Notes: generated from the sequence alone by a model not told the origin. A stretch of 64,000 bases of DNA from Tubulanus polymorphus (GCF_964204645.1 NC_134027.1:20608560-20672559); one strand, 5' to 3'; positions 10,242-23,683 are shown, counted from the stretch's first letter. Numbers and translations: made by a program.

Positions 10242-12481
10242 TGTTCAATTTCAATTAATGCATTGATTTATGTATTATTATGGATCATTGCATACGCAAA
10301 CCTCACAAATTGCACCACACAATTTGTCCTGGACATGACTTCATTGAAATTATTGATGTCCCAAAAAATTGACGTTGAACTGAAAACAGTGTAATTACAA
10401 ATATTGATTTATCGTAGTTCTTTCGAGCCACGATCAAACTAGCCACCACTGATTGACCTGATTTAAAAAGGCTCAACGCTAGAAAAATGTAATTTGTAAC
10501 TCTTATTTTTTATTTGTCAATTCAGTGACGCTTGTTATGCAGTGGACTTGTATCATTTTTCAGGGGAAATCTTCGCCTGCTACCTTGGCACATCACTTCA
10601 GATTCAATAGGTTTTCAAGCCTAGTATAATCTGCAGCCTTTGTTGAATCAGGAAAGTCAATTCCGTTTTATCTTCTCTCACTGTCACAGAATTTACATTA
10701 CTTTGATAGTGCTCGCTCCTGCACATTATTAAGGGCCTAACATTTCATAACAGAAAGATTCCATGGACCCATTTGTTTTCTGGTTTCTTTTTATTTTGCA
10801 TTAGATATTTTGCATCAGAAAACTAGATATTGAATTAACCTGGCTTATTGTGCAGGTTTCCTTACCAAAACTCAAAGTAACCCATTTCGATCTTTAAAAC
10901 AATGATTTTGGGACGGAAATATATCCTAAAAAAAACTAGTTTTTGCGCTGTTTAAGATACAAACCAGAATCACCATTTCACAACCCAAAATGACAGTGAA
11001 CAAATAATGAACAGCACGCTGTTTTTCGTGTCAAGTATCTCGAAGACGAAGACCAACAACTGACAGTCTGGTGTACGTGCACCAGATTGTGTCTGGATAA
11101 ATATATAGTCTTCGACCCGGTATCGAGTTGGTGTCGTTGTTTGGAGTAACCTAAAAAGGAAGACATACTATTTAAGTGTCTAGATTGGAATTCGAGCCGA
11201 CACTCTTGGCTTGAATTTTTAACATCTTAAAGATTTTTCAATCATCGATCAATCTTTTCACAATTTCTTACACTTCCACATCAATCGTTGAGACTAAAGG
11301 CCTTCAGTACATGGACTCTAAAACGAAGAGTCCACTTAAAAAATACCAAGCTTTTTAAAGTCTGTCAGGTTGCCTAGCCCCAATATCAAGCTCCGAATGG
11401 CTAATGTGGATGAATAGATTTAATACGTACCGATTGATGTCATTCGATGTTTCACTTTGGTAGTGTTCCTTAGTTTGTAGACTGACAAATCCCGAGCCGA
11501 AAAGCGGATCAAAGTATTTTTATCAGAATACGTGAAATCGTCACATAAGACCTAAATTCATGGCTTATAAATTAAAAGATACATGGGCGTACGAAGATCA
11601 TAAAACATAAGACCTATAAGATAACGCAATCATAATTGCGTGTATAATTGCGTGTTTGACGTTTCAGCGGTTTGGTCTGTATTCTATGATAACATTATAC
11701 CCGGTTATGTGGAATCCCCATATCTATTACTAAGTAAGATGGCCTTCTTGTGTGTCAAGCGCGTGACGTCGTTGTTTGTTTATCAATTGTTTAACAGAAA
11801 TGCAAAACATTAAAATCAGTAACCTGCAAAAAGGAAAGATACAAAGTATGGTCAAGCCCACACGTAGATTTATCGTTTAAACCCGGTGGCCCGAGACTGA
11901 TTGTTTATTCGCCCTACGGCCTACGAAGTACAACTCTGATGACTGTGTAAATTTACACAGTCATCAGAGTAGTAGGGCGATTGAATCAAATGTCTAGACA
12001 TTGGATTAACAGATTATCGTTTTTAAAAATTACCTACAACTCTGATACGAGCCCCTGTGATTCATGTAATGAATCACAGGGGCTTAAACAAAAATGAAAA
12101 ATTTTAGACAGGTACCAAATTTTTCATTTTTGTTTGTTTGTTTGAGCTTGTTTAATATCGTCAATCTGTAACGTTGTTGATTTTTCTCCGATTGATTTTA
12201 TTGTTCTGCTTCTTCGTGAAATAAATATTGAGTTGAATTGAAATTGACTCTGGAATGATCTGCGCCGGCGCATTATAGCTTTTCTGAGCCAAGTGGCCAT
12301 GGGCCTTGCCTTTGGAGGGTTTGCAGAGACAATCGTACCTAATTTAGCCTATACTATTTATTGGAGTAATCGTTTTTACGTGATTACCACAAGATCATAC
12401 GGCCGTAGTTCCGGGGTCGCTCAGGCCAGGCGTGTACCGACGTAGCCTAGCCTAATTAGTACTAAAGTATATGCCTGAACC

Positions 12482-13256
12482 CACAGGGGTTTGGCGATGG
12501 GCTTGGATTTTATTTCCGGGTTGTTGATAATCTCGCGAGAATGGCGCTAAATATGAACTGCAAATAAATTCAAAATATCATAGAAATAACTTGTGTTTAT
12601 ATTGTTTATTTATCCGCTATTAAGTTCCGATAAACAATTGGTCGTTAAGGATCATCATCAGACAGTCGTCACGCTTTACTATATAAAATAACAAGGGATG
12701 AAACGCAGTTCAATTCGTGCCAGCCAGAAAGTTGGGACACGTGACAGTCGCGCTTCTTATTTGAATGAATGCAAACCCGAAGCATCTAAGATGGAAACTA
12801 TGATACGAAAAATATTTGAGAATAACTTACATTCAAATGCAATTTTTTTTTTATGAATTATATATTTGATCATAATTTATTCTTTATAAGTTATTAATTT
12901 CATATGAATCATCGTCTGACAATTGATATCAGTCTGTGAATATGTTAACTTTTCGTGTTAAAGTTTTAAATGTGATGACATCATCAGAATGTCACGTGAC
13001 TGTCCCAACTTTCTGGCTGGCACAACTCTGAAGGCGTTTCATCCCTTGTGATTTTATATAGTAGCGTGACGACCGTCTGATAATGATTCTTAACGACCAA
13101 TTGTTTATCGAAACTTTATAGCGGATAAATAAACAATATAAACACAAGGTATTTCCGTGATATTTTGAATTTATTCGTAGTTCATATTTAGCGCCATTCT
13201 CGCGAGATTATCAACAACCCGGAAATAAAATCCAAGCCCATCGCCAAACCCCTGTG
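12482..13256. mobile_element. P-superfamily-like MITE with ~265-bp TIRs and 8-bp TSD
   Basis: CACAGGGGTTTGGCGATGGG...CCCATCGCCAAACCCCTGTG termini. Exact TSD CCTGAACC at 12474-12481 and 13257-13264. Arms ~12482-12745 and ~12991-13256. Confidence 0.85.
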
Positions 13257-13339
13257 CCTGAACCAGTAACGCCAACAGCGTGCCTGGACCAGCTCTGGGT
13301 GTGTGTCACTTCACAGCTGTTTTTAGTATAAACACAAAC

Positions 13340-13490
13340 ATTGCCACGTGCCGTCTCACTACTGATCGACGATTGGTCAACAATGACGTATTGCCTGAAC
13401 GTAAGCGTCTGATTGGCCGGTACCCAGAACGGGAAGCAGCTCAAACAAGTCACATGATCGACTAAACCATAACAAACAAAATGGCCGAGC
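13340..13490 (+). promoter_or_regulatory. ZFTRAF1/CYHR1 proximal promoter motifs
   Basis: E-box CACGTG (~13345), reverse CCAAT boxes (GATTGG at ~13371 and ~13411), TGACGT half-CRE, and YY1-like AAAATGGCCG over the ATG. Confidence 0.5.
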
Positions 13491-16400
13491 AAGCGATCGA
13501 GGTTGGGGCGGAAAATCTCTCCGTGAATACCCCGGAATCGGGGCCTCCCGATGAAGACAACGAGCCGAAAACGAAGAAAATGAAGTTTGAACCGGCCTGC
13601 AGCGAATCAGATTCGAAACTTGAAGATCGATTGAACGGTATACTCAGATGCACCGTCTGTTTAGATTTGCCCCGTGTTTCTATGTACCAAGTAAGTTTAA
13701 CCTCTCTAAAAATATAGCCCTGCGGCTGCAATACGGTGCACGATAAACCATTTGCTTTGGCAAGCAACCCGACCCTCCAACTTCTCATTCATTGAAGTCC
13801 CTCATACTTGGTTAAATCGGACGGCCCGAAAACTCGTGAAGCCAGGATGGCCGGGCCTGGGCGAAAATAATTCTGGCTAAATAATTTTCACACACAGCCC
13901 AGTCTGGTGGCAGTGTGGTTGTCTCCACATAAGATCTCTGTCACTCTACGATCCTTGTAACCAACGAACCAGACTCAAATTCATGTGACTTTAGCCGAGC
14001 GTAGTTCGGTCTGCATTTTGTCTGTGTTTAAACATCTTCAACCGTCAAGGGATTCAAACCCACTATGCTAAAGCCATTCCACGATTCCCTTGACCTCATG
14101 AGGCATTGGAGTCGTTACTAGCCGACCAGAATCATGTCGTACCAATCACAGCGCTTGCAACAAACGGCATAAGCTTCTGTTGGTTTTCCCGTTTAAATGA
14201 GACAGCAAACTTTTTTCGGAACAAGGAAGTATTTCGCAAGTTGATATAGGCCTATGACGTCATGGGCAAAAGCGCCGGTAATGAAATCGCGCGTTGGCCT
14301 TTCTGAACCTTCCCCCAATTTCGTAGGTTGATAGTGCAGTATCCACGAATACAGTTCACACATGGTTCCTACAGCCCCTCAAATCCCTCTAAAACCCCTT
14401 TAATTGCTGTGTACACTCTGGATTGGCATTTTATACTGCATTGTCATGTTGGCCAGATTAGTTTAAACAATGGTCATAAGTGGGCAATATGCCTTTAGTT
14501 ATCATTTCCAAGTGTCCTGACTTACTTATTCAATCATTTTGGAGGGCTTATTTGTTTGCAAAGAATCAATTAGACATATCTATCCAGGAGTTTAGAAACA
14601 GTTACTTGAAGTTCCTAGTTGAGCTGGACCTGTGAGTTAGAGTTAACTCTTGAGTTTAAGTTAGCCTAGTTCATACTCAATGAGTTAACTCATAGTCAAA
14701 TCTTAACTCAGAACTGTGGAATTGGACCCTGAATGTCAAAGTTATTCTTACAAAATGCCGAAATCAAATGTTCATTTTGTGACCAGATAGTTTTCTGGCA
14801 GCTTATCGTGGAAAGAAGGCTCTGCAGTCACGATAGGCCTCCAACCCTAGATGAGTTCTTTCACTCAAAACAAAAGTCAACAGTTAAATTGAATTAGTAT
14901 CAAATATAGTTGAATTTAATAAGGTTATTCATAGGCGCCTAAATGTATTTTAAAGATTTTTAGCCCACTTGGGACTTTAGTCCCAGCGGGCTATTGCGTT
15001 CACTTTTCGTCCGTCGTCCGTCGTAGCGTTCGTCCGTCCGTAGACGGAATCCAGTTATTTTGGGAAGTTTTGAAGACGCTTCAAGGTAATGTCTTGATAT
15101 TTGGTTTTTACATGTATCTACCCTAGACACATCTTCAGCCCAAAAACTGGCCCTGTCAGATTCAAGATGGCCGGCTGGCAGCCATTGTTGTTCGCCAAAA
15201 TCAGCACTTTTTACACATTTTTGAAGTTTTTGAGGGAAATTTTGAAGACGCTTTGATCAATTACCTTGGTCTTTCGGATATATGTGAATCCCCCCAGGGC
15301 CCATCAACATAACAAAAATTGGGTCGGTCGGACTCAAGATGGCCGTCCTATGACCTTTTTAGTGCCCAAAAATGTTAATTTTGGCCCGAATTCTGAGTCC
15401 TGTAGCTTCCTACTGGTTTGCCATTTCTCATTGCAATTTGTGATGGGTATTCTATGGAAAGGGATGTTTTATACCTGGGACAGGTATTTTTCATCAGCCA
15501 ATTATGACGCAATTGGCGGCCATCTTTGTGTCACCAGTAGGCCTACTCATTCGTAAGTGGGAAAAAGTTTTTCCACATTATATTGATACCTAAGCGTATT
15601 TTGCTACCACAATCAATAAGAAAGTTGTAGCTAATAACGTGTTCTATGATTGTGGTGAGTTTCAAGGTAATTGGATTTCGTATATGGCCACCAGGGGGCG
15701 TTGAATAATACAATATCTTAGCATTTCTTTATTATATTCGTACCTATGCATATTTTGTAACCACAATCAATTGGAAAGTTGTAGCTCATGACATCACCTA
15801 TGATTGTTGCGAGTTTTAAGGACATTAGTTTTTCTATATGGTCACCAGGGGGCGTTGAATAGTAGAATAACTTAGTATTTGCTTATTATATTGGTACCTA
15901 GGCATATTTTGTTACCATGATCAATTGCAAAGTTGTAGTTCATGACATGTTCTATGATTGTGGTGAGTTTCGAGGTCATTGGGTTTTGAATATGGTCACC
16001 AGGGGGCGTTGAATAGTAGAATGACTTAGTATTTCCATATTAGATTGGTAACGAGGCATATTTTGTTATCACAATCAATTACAAAACCGTAGCTGCTGAC
16101 ATGTTCTATGATTGTGGTGAGTTTCAAGGTCGTTGGTTTTTGTAAATGGTCACCAGGGGGCGTTGAATATTGAAATTGTTAGATTGTTGAGCATTTGAAA
16201 CCACTTCCCAAGTGGGCATGGTGTCCCTGGACCCCTAGTTTTAAATTTATTTTGTTTGCGATAGTGTACGAATGGTCATCTTATGTGCGCGGGATGTTTC
16301 GCTCATCTGCTCGCCGATGCCAGACTCAATGACGAAACGTCTACGTGTCCGAATTGCCGGTGCGAAATCAGCAAGAATTTATGCTCGAGGAATCTAGCTG

Positions 16401-19086
16401 CGGAGAAAGCCGTATCGGAATTACCAGCTGAGTGTCGATTCTGTTCAGACCAGTTGCCGAGGCACATGTTAGAAAATCACGAAGGAGAGAAATGTCTCGA
16501 AAGGTACGTAATTACTTTAATCCGTGTGAGGGCATCTTCACCCGTCAAGGGATTCGAACCCCACTAGGCTAAAGTCGTTCCCCGAACCCCTTGAGCTTGC
16601 GAGTCGTTGGAGTCATTACTAGCCGACCAGAATCCTGTCATACCAATCACGGCGCTTGTAACAAATGACATTAGTTGGAATTCCCGTTGGACCAATCGGT
16701 GTACATTTTACCGAACAAGGAAGTATTTCGCAAATCGATATATGACGTTCATAGTTTGTAGTGGTTAGACTACACCTAGAAGAGTACAGTTGGGACCGGG
16801 ATTTTTTTAACCTATCAGGCCTTAATAGGAACATAGTAGTCTTTTTGGTGGCCAACAAGTTCAAATCCCTGCAGGGGACAAATATTTCAGAGCCTTGCGA
16901 TGCCACCAGGCTCAAATCATGAGGGAACAAATGTGAGGGAGGAATGTGGCAGTCTCACATCAAGTTCAAATCACTATCCAGCAAGAATGTGATTGTCTCA
17001 CGATGCCATTATGTTCAGTTGTGCCTAGGCCTGTAGCCCTCCATATCAGGGTAGAGGCTTATTTTCATGCAAGTGGACATAGTTTGGTCCTGGGAGCAAT
17101 TTTACAGTTTCTAGCTTATTTTGCGTGAAAATTTTACCTTTTTTTCGTACAATTTTTCCTCGAATTAAGCTGCAGAAATGACAAAAACTATTTTTCTAAT
17201 GAGTGAATCTTTTGAAATCTTTGTTCCTTTTATGCCCCATCCTCCTTCTGCAGGAATTGGAACCTGATCACGGCATCACTAGACTCAGCCAGGGCACATA
17301 CCCCTGCCACACTAGACTGGTTGCACAGGTTTACCACACGAAAACTTGCGGCACCAATTAGACTGCTCATTGTATAATCGCTGAGGAAAATTTCAAGAGA
17401 AGAACTAAGGGAAAACCCGGGTTGAATAATACAGGATATTGATTGGTTAATAATGACATCACCTAAGCTGCACTCGGTGTAGTGTGGCACGGTTTCGTAC
17501 CGTGGCAATGTCGATGACGTCAGATTCAATTCCCCACGGGGGACGGATGTTGAAGCCCGCACTGAATACAAGTTTAACTTAATGTGTTTTCTTGTACAAG
17601 CCAATATTTTACATTCACCAGGTTGACCAATTGCGAATACGACAAAATTGGATGTCCGTGGCGTGGGCCGTACCACGAATTGAAGCAACACGCTGAACAA
17701 TGCACTCACCCGAAAAAAACTGGTGCCGAAATTATGGAATCATTGAACGTTCGAGATTTAAAACGAGCAGAAGAAATGAAAGTATATAATAAAATACACA
17801 GCATGTTATCGTATGAAAAGATCACATTTGTCGGTAAGATCATTGACGTCTATAGAGCGAGTGCCAAACTCAGATCAGTAATTCGACACATTTTATCATT
17901 CGTTCAATATCCAGACTTCACATGTCTTCACATGTTTCTAGATGTGGCTCCAAGCTAAAGATTGGTATCTGTTAGGAGAAAATGTAGACCCACCTTACTC
18001 TTGTAAATAGGTTGAAAACCAGGAACCGGTGGCACACCAAATTGCCAGGAGGGGTTCGAACCTGGGTTTCTGATCATAACTGTTCAACTGTGGAACTATC
18101 CATCCAGAAATTACCAGAATACTTGCCCTGATCAAAGTCTATCAACTTGTCGATAATTACTCGCCTGCCAGAGGTACCCGTAATTCTTGCGGGTAAAACA
18201 GGATTGTTGACAAACTTGAAAAGTAGAAGGGCATTTCTTGAAACCTGCTCAAGCGATAGTAGTGGTAGCCTTGATGCTGCAATAATACATTCGATATGAG
18301 CCTATAAGTACCGGTAATGAAGTTTAGATCAATTTTAAATAAAATTGAACTAGGTTTTTAGGCTTCCAAATTCAAACTTACTCTTAGTGTATGGTTTTTG
18401 ATTCAAACTTTAAAGCGTAAAAATAATTGAAGCAATGGTAACCAGGGTCCCTATGACTCTCGATTCCTTAAAAACTCCTAAAAAACTGTCACAGGGATAT
18501 TGAAAGTGAAGCAGACAATTCGTTGAAATTTGAAATTACGGTATGTCCTTTGAAAGCTCCTTTTTCCAGGAATGACAGATCTGTGGGGAGTGGGACCCTG
18601 GTAACCAGCAAATCTGGCACATCCCCATGGAATCCTTGCTTGCCACAGTCGTTACCTTCTCATTGACCCTCCTTGTCCTATCGCGCTATTTCAGATTTAC
18701 AACTGCGACCTTACCGCACCGACGATTTCATAACGAAGCTGTTTTACGAGACGAGTCGATTTTCGGCGTTCAACTGGCAGTGGGTGATCAAAGCGCGCGT
18801 GAACGACGACATGAAAAATCCGGCGTTGTCGACGAAACGCTCGCTGACGTATCAGCTGATTTTGAAGAGCCGCGTCGCGAATCCGTTCGACGTGCACTAC
18901 CTCATCGTTCAGGGACCGTACGGCGAAATGAACGTCATGCCGGCGATCTATAAAAGCCGGTTTTCGAACGAGAACTTCGAGTCGGATTACGAGCCGTTGC
19001 CGATCGGCGATTCACTTGAATGTAATAAGTTGCTAGCGGCGAAAACGATCAATTTACGTTTGATAATGTTCCAGATCCAAAGCTAG
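13481..19086 (+). CDS. ZFTRAF1: Zinc finger TRAF-type-containing protein 1 / cysteine and histidine-rich protein 1, 4 exons, ~350 aa
   Basis: Exons 13481-13690, 16265-16503, 17622-17833, 18695-19086; all GT-AG and in frame. [42 protein letters not shown]; TRAF-type finger [14 protein letters not shown]; C-terminal [23 protein letters not shown]...[11 protein letters not shown]. Confidence 0.92.
14033..14297 (+). mobile_element. MITE family B (CATCTTCACCCGTCAAGGG), truncated copy
   Basis: Homologous to the full copy at 37719-38050; another partial copy at 16533-16750. Confidence 0.75.
14957..16240 (+). mobile_element. Helentron-associated element (HINE) family A
   Basis: 5' TTTTTAGCCCACTTGGGA with hairpin, (CGTC)n microsatellite, ~4 x 154-bp tandem units, inverted subTIR TCCCAAGTGGGC, 3' end CCCCTAGTT. 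Near-identical to 56243-57514. Confidence 0.85.
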
Positions 19087-19624
19087 TTCATTCTTCGACC
19101 GTCACGATTGTTGCGAGATTCGTTGATTATTCGTGTTTTAAGATTTTTCTGAAACCGGTATATTTTATGTGACGGCAAGCCTTCAGTTGGAGTCTTCAAA
19201 GAATTTTCAATTTCAATATTTTACTCGCCGCTAACCAATTCGGTTTTTTTCTAGCCGGGTCAAAGGCTAAAATAATTTTAAAATTATATACTTAATCTTG
19301 ATTACCGGACTTTCATAACCTATCTGTACTAGGATCATTGATATAGATGGCGCTGTCTTTATCGTAATATTCTTTCTTGTGGGAATCGACCAATGCAATA
19401 AGTACCGCTATTGCGCAGCCTGAAACCACCCACTTGAGAGATTCAATATTGTAGTGTGAAGTTTGATGAAAATCACTTTTCGAGTGTGGTGATGAAATGA
19501 CTTATGTTTGGTGTTTGATGTCCATTTCTTGATTCATTTTCGATTAAAAATGTCTGGGGGCTAGGTCTTGCCAATCATAGATATTGCAAGATCAAATGTC
19601 TGACGATAACGGGTCTAGGCAGTA

Positions 19625-20103
19625 CAGTAGACGCCGCTCCAAAGTTGGATCTTTTAGGATCGTAAAAATGTCCGACTTGAGCAATATCTGAGTTGGATTT
19701 CTATGTATTTCATAAGAAATATTACAAAAAATATTTCAACGACTCATATCATCTAAAAATTTACCAATTTACTGTGACACAGTGACTCAAGACTGATGTT
19801 AAGGTTTATTGAATGCGCCTATTTTTGGGCTTGTCTGAGTAAAACGTATAAGCCTACAAAAAATTCATAAAGCACTTTTATGAATTTGGTTATGACCCAT
19901 TTCCTATGGTATATATTTGTAGATGTATATACGCTGTAAACTCTGCTTGCCTTGGATCTTGGGGACCAATAAATTTTGTGCAATGCAAGCGAATTCCAGG
20001 ACACCAGTTACCCTAATTTCAGGACGGTCAGAATGGGAAATTGTATCGGCAATACATACAATAGATCCAAGGCAATTGGCTCTGTGGCAAGTGGGGTCTA
20101 CTG
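19625..20103. mobile_element. Tc1/mariner-type MITE (degenerate)
   Basis: TA|CAGTAGAC...GTCTACTG|TA. Confidence 0.55.
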
Positions 20104-21488
20104 TACAATTAGATTGTACTGTTCATATTCATTTCTTTGATAAAACAGCTTATTGTTATCTACATACTTCAGGCGACTCTATCTTATCTTGCCAACATTT
20201 TCATATAGCTAATGAAAAAACTGGCAATTATTTGTATATAGGACCAATTCTAATGCAGGTATTCCCAGTTATTCGGAACTTTATCTCCATTCCTTTAATC
20301 TTTGATATCTTTCAGAGGGTGGCTGTCTAGACTTTAGGACCTCGTCTGAGACATTCATGAATGAAAATAGACTAACGCTTAGACTTTTAATAACACTTTG
20401 CAATAATTTGGTGTGTGGTTCCTACAGTATAGGGAAAGAAAAGGAAACTTGGGACTTCAAAATATTATTCTTCTGTTTTGAAATATTTGAATTAATTTGT
20501 GTCCAATCTCGAAAATATTTGGAAAACTCATTTCATACTTCACGTAGCATAGTTCTGCCATGGCAACTTTTTCCAGAAATTTTTTTTTTGAAAATCACCT
20601 TTATCAACCAGTCAACATTAAACTGATTTCTAGTTAGAATAATTAGGTTAAAATGTTGACATCCCTGTAGTTCTGGATAATAGTGTTGATAGATGAGTAA
20701 TATGTATAAGACTTCGAGTCCATTTGTTAGTTCACTTTGAATTTAGAATGTCTCTGTGAAGTCCTGAAAACACGCGTGAAGTCTCAATGATAGAACATTG
20801 GAAGAATGGTGATACACAGTGTCAAATATCTGGGGTTCAGGTCCAGGCAGTGAAATGATATCTGTACCAACTTGCCTAGAACTATTTTGTTTTGTTATAA
20901 CTTATTGTTCATATTCTCAGATGGACAACGACCGCTTTAAGAGCTTTTTTCTGTGTACTATCACTGCAGGTTTATAACTGTAGTGCGAATGTATCCAATT
21001 CAGGTCACTTCTATAGTACGTGGTTGATTATCTAGTCTTTAGTAGGCGATGTTTTGTTAGTTGCGTTGATCGTAATGCATCCAATTAAATTCTATAGAAG
21101 TTTAGTAGATTAGTTCATATTACCATTGGTTTGTTTCTTATTGTTCGCAACTATGTATGTATTTTACACTAGTCACATAAATTTGTTTACTTGCCCTATT
21201 TTTAATGCTATTTTATCTGATGTGAAGGCTTTTAGACCTGGTTCTACAGTTGTCAGTTAAGTCAGGCACAGATCCAGGGGGTCATGCACAAAACCCACAA
21301 ATCTTTTAGTTGTCCAATTTATTGCCTGATTATATGGAATCGTATCTCTTACATAAATTGGTAGAATAAAGTTTTCTAGTAATTGGAAATGTAGTAAAAT
21401 GCAGCGCTCCACGAATATTCAAATACGATGCCTTAATTGCTAATGTGCCTCTGAATATGCTTTTTCAATGATCAAAAATGCCCTCTAT

Positions 21489-21788
21489 AGCCGCCATCAC
21501 TCTGAGACGATTTGGCCCTGGCCAAATTTGTATGGATCAGACCCGAGCCAAATTCGGCCCGCCCCTAATTAGAGAGTGCGTTTACGTGCAAATCACTCAC
21601 TCGATACTAAATGCTCAAACAAAGTGAAGTGGGTCATTTCCGGTACCAGTTGCAATTCAAACGCAATCATTTGTCTCGTGCTAGAATTTGGCTCGGGCCT
21701 GATCTGATGTTTTTTGTCGGGCCAAATTTGATTTTGGCACTCGTGTGAACAGTTTTCCTGGGCCAAAAACACTTGTGTGATCGCGGCT
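21489..21788. mobile_element. MITE family C (AGCCGCGATCAC-type TIR)
   Basis: AGCCGCCATCAC...GTGATCGCGGCT. Related copies at 41004-41303 and ~52370-52610 share the GAGCCAAATT/AATTTGGCTC core. Confidence 0.65.
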
Positions 21789-22657
21789 GATATGCCACAA
21801 GTCCTACATGTCAAAAGTAGGATCCGCCAATGTAAGTCATTGGTGAAGTTTGACTTTCAGTTTGGACCTGTATGCACCCTACTTACATCTTCAAACAAAA
21901 TCTAGCTCGTGACATGTTCTTAAATTGTGGTGAGTTTCAAGGTCATTGGTTTCTGTATATTTTCACCAGGGGGCGTTGAATAGCGGAATCAAATATCATT
22001 ACCATTTATTTTGACGTTGGCATATTTTTGAAATTATAGCTCATTACGTGTTCATCTCAGGGACATTGCAGTTTCTGTATGCTTAATTCTGTGCCAGGGG
22101 TTGTTGAATTCGGTAATTGTCGGATTGTATAGCATTTCACCAAATGGGCATGGTGTCCCTTGACCCCTTGTAATCATAATACCAGAGTCAAACTTAACCG
22201 AGAAGTGTAGAACTGGGTCCTTTTTTTATTGAAATCGAAAAAGCCTATATCTATTCTACTGTTTCTTTTATCTTAGTCGAATTTTTCGAATTGTTCGTGA
22301 TTTTGTAAATTTTTGTTCATTGAAATATTGAAATTATTTTATGCGACCATTTATTTCTAAAGCGGCAGCCATTTGTACATATTTTTGATTGCCTCTGATT
22401 CACTTAGAAAGATTTTGTCAATTTCAAGTTGTGTTTTAATTATTCTTACCATGTACTTTAGTTGTTATACATTGAAATTCTCTATGAAATCGAATTAGAT
22501 ATCTTTGTCTTTTATTTATACAGTTAGACTTGTATCGAAAATGAATATTTGGTAAAGAGACTTCTTTATGTATTTTACTTTTATGCTGGTATCAATTTTC
22601 AGCCTGGAGCCACCCCTTCAGACATTCACCGTTTTTTTAATTCCAGATTTCGATATT

Positions 22658-22823
22658 CAGTCAACCCCCGATATACCGCCCTACCATATACCGCCACCCC
22701 CAGGTTTTCTCAATGTACATTTCAATACAAAGTGATACTAAAACACCCCCGATATACCGCCATACTCTCTATACCTCCAAAATCGTTCCGCAGCGACGTG
22801 GGCAGTATATCGGGGGCTGACTG
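22658..22823. mobile_element. Tc1/mariner-type MITE (same family as 457-637)
   Basis: CAGTCAACCCCCGATATAC...GTATATCGGGGGCTGACTG|TA. Confidence 0.75.
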
Positions 22824-23683
22824 TAGTGCCAAGATTAAATGATCCATGTCTGGAATCTTCTGTATCAAATGCTTTTTGATTGATTCTAATTGAATGTGTG
22901 TGTAAGATCATCATAAACTTTGAACCTGCCATATTTGTTGTGATTGTCTGATTGATAATTGGTGATTATACACAAGACTAGGTCAAAACCAACTTTGAGG
23001 ACACCAGATCTATGACCAACAGCACCTGGTTTCTAGGGACTATCATCCGATTACCAATATAGAATTTATCATTAAACTGATTTTAACAATTTTTTCCTTC
23101 TTTAAGTACAGATCCGGGATATCGAATGATGAGTCAAATAAGTCTTACACATTTAAGACAAGGTTTTTGGTTTGTTATACAATGTTCCATGTCTATATTT
23201 AATTACGGGTTACTGGAATATAACTGGAATATTTCTAGATATTCTGACTATGGATGTAAACTCTAGATGCAAGAAGCAGTAGATAGCTCAAGACTGTATA
23301 TGCGCGTCGAAACTTGTTGGAACATTTCAAGTAGAAAGATTCATCTTTTGTGTTTTGAGTGTTTTGCTTCGTGAGGCAAATTCCTACTTGGGTGTGATGA
23401 AAGTCCTCATCCAACTCGAGCAGAGATTTAGCATCGTACGTCTCTGCTACAGTTTATATGGCAGAAGTCTCCGAGGATGCTAGATCGAGGCCCAGCATGA
23501 GAGAGTACATTTCGAATGTATGAAATCTTCCCCAGTCTATTAAGACTGATCATGGACGTATGACAGGGTAAATTAGATTATACATCCATGGACTGATGAA
23601 AATTTTGTTAAAGCACCTCTAGGCAGTCTTAATAAAAGCATGTGTTAATACGATTGATAGAACACTATATCCGTGTTGACGCG

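Noticed and set aside
15266-15556. Repeated [18 protein letters not shown] (also at 29484 and 56547)
   Set aside because: Recurs only because it lies in HINE family A; non-ATG start and variable stops.
23250-23570. Exon-like GC-richer stretch ending in a donor site
   Set aside because: Stops in all plus frames, no MATE or other recognisable similarity.
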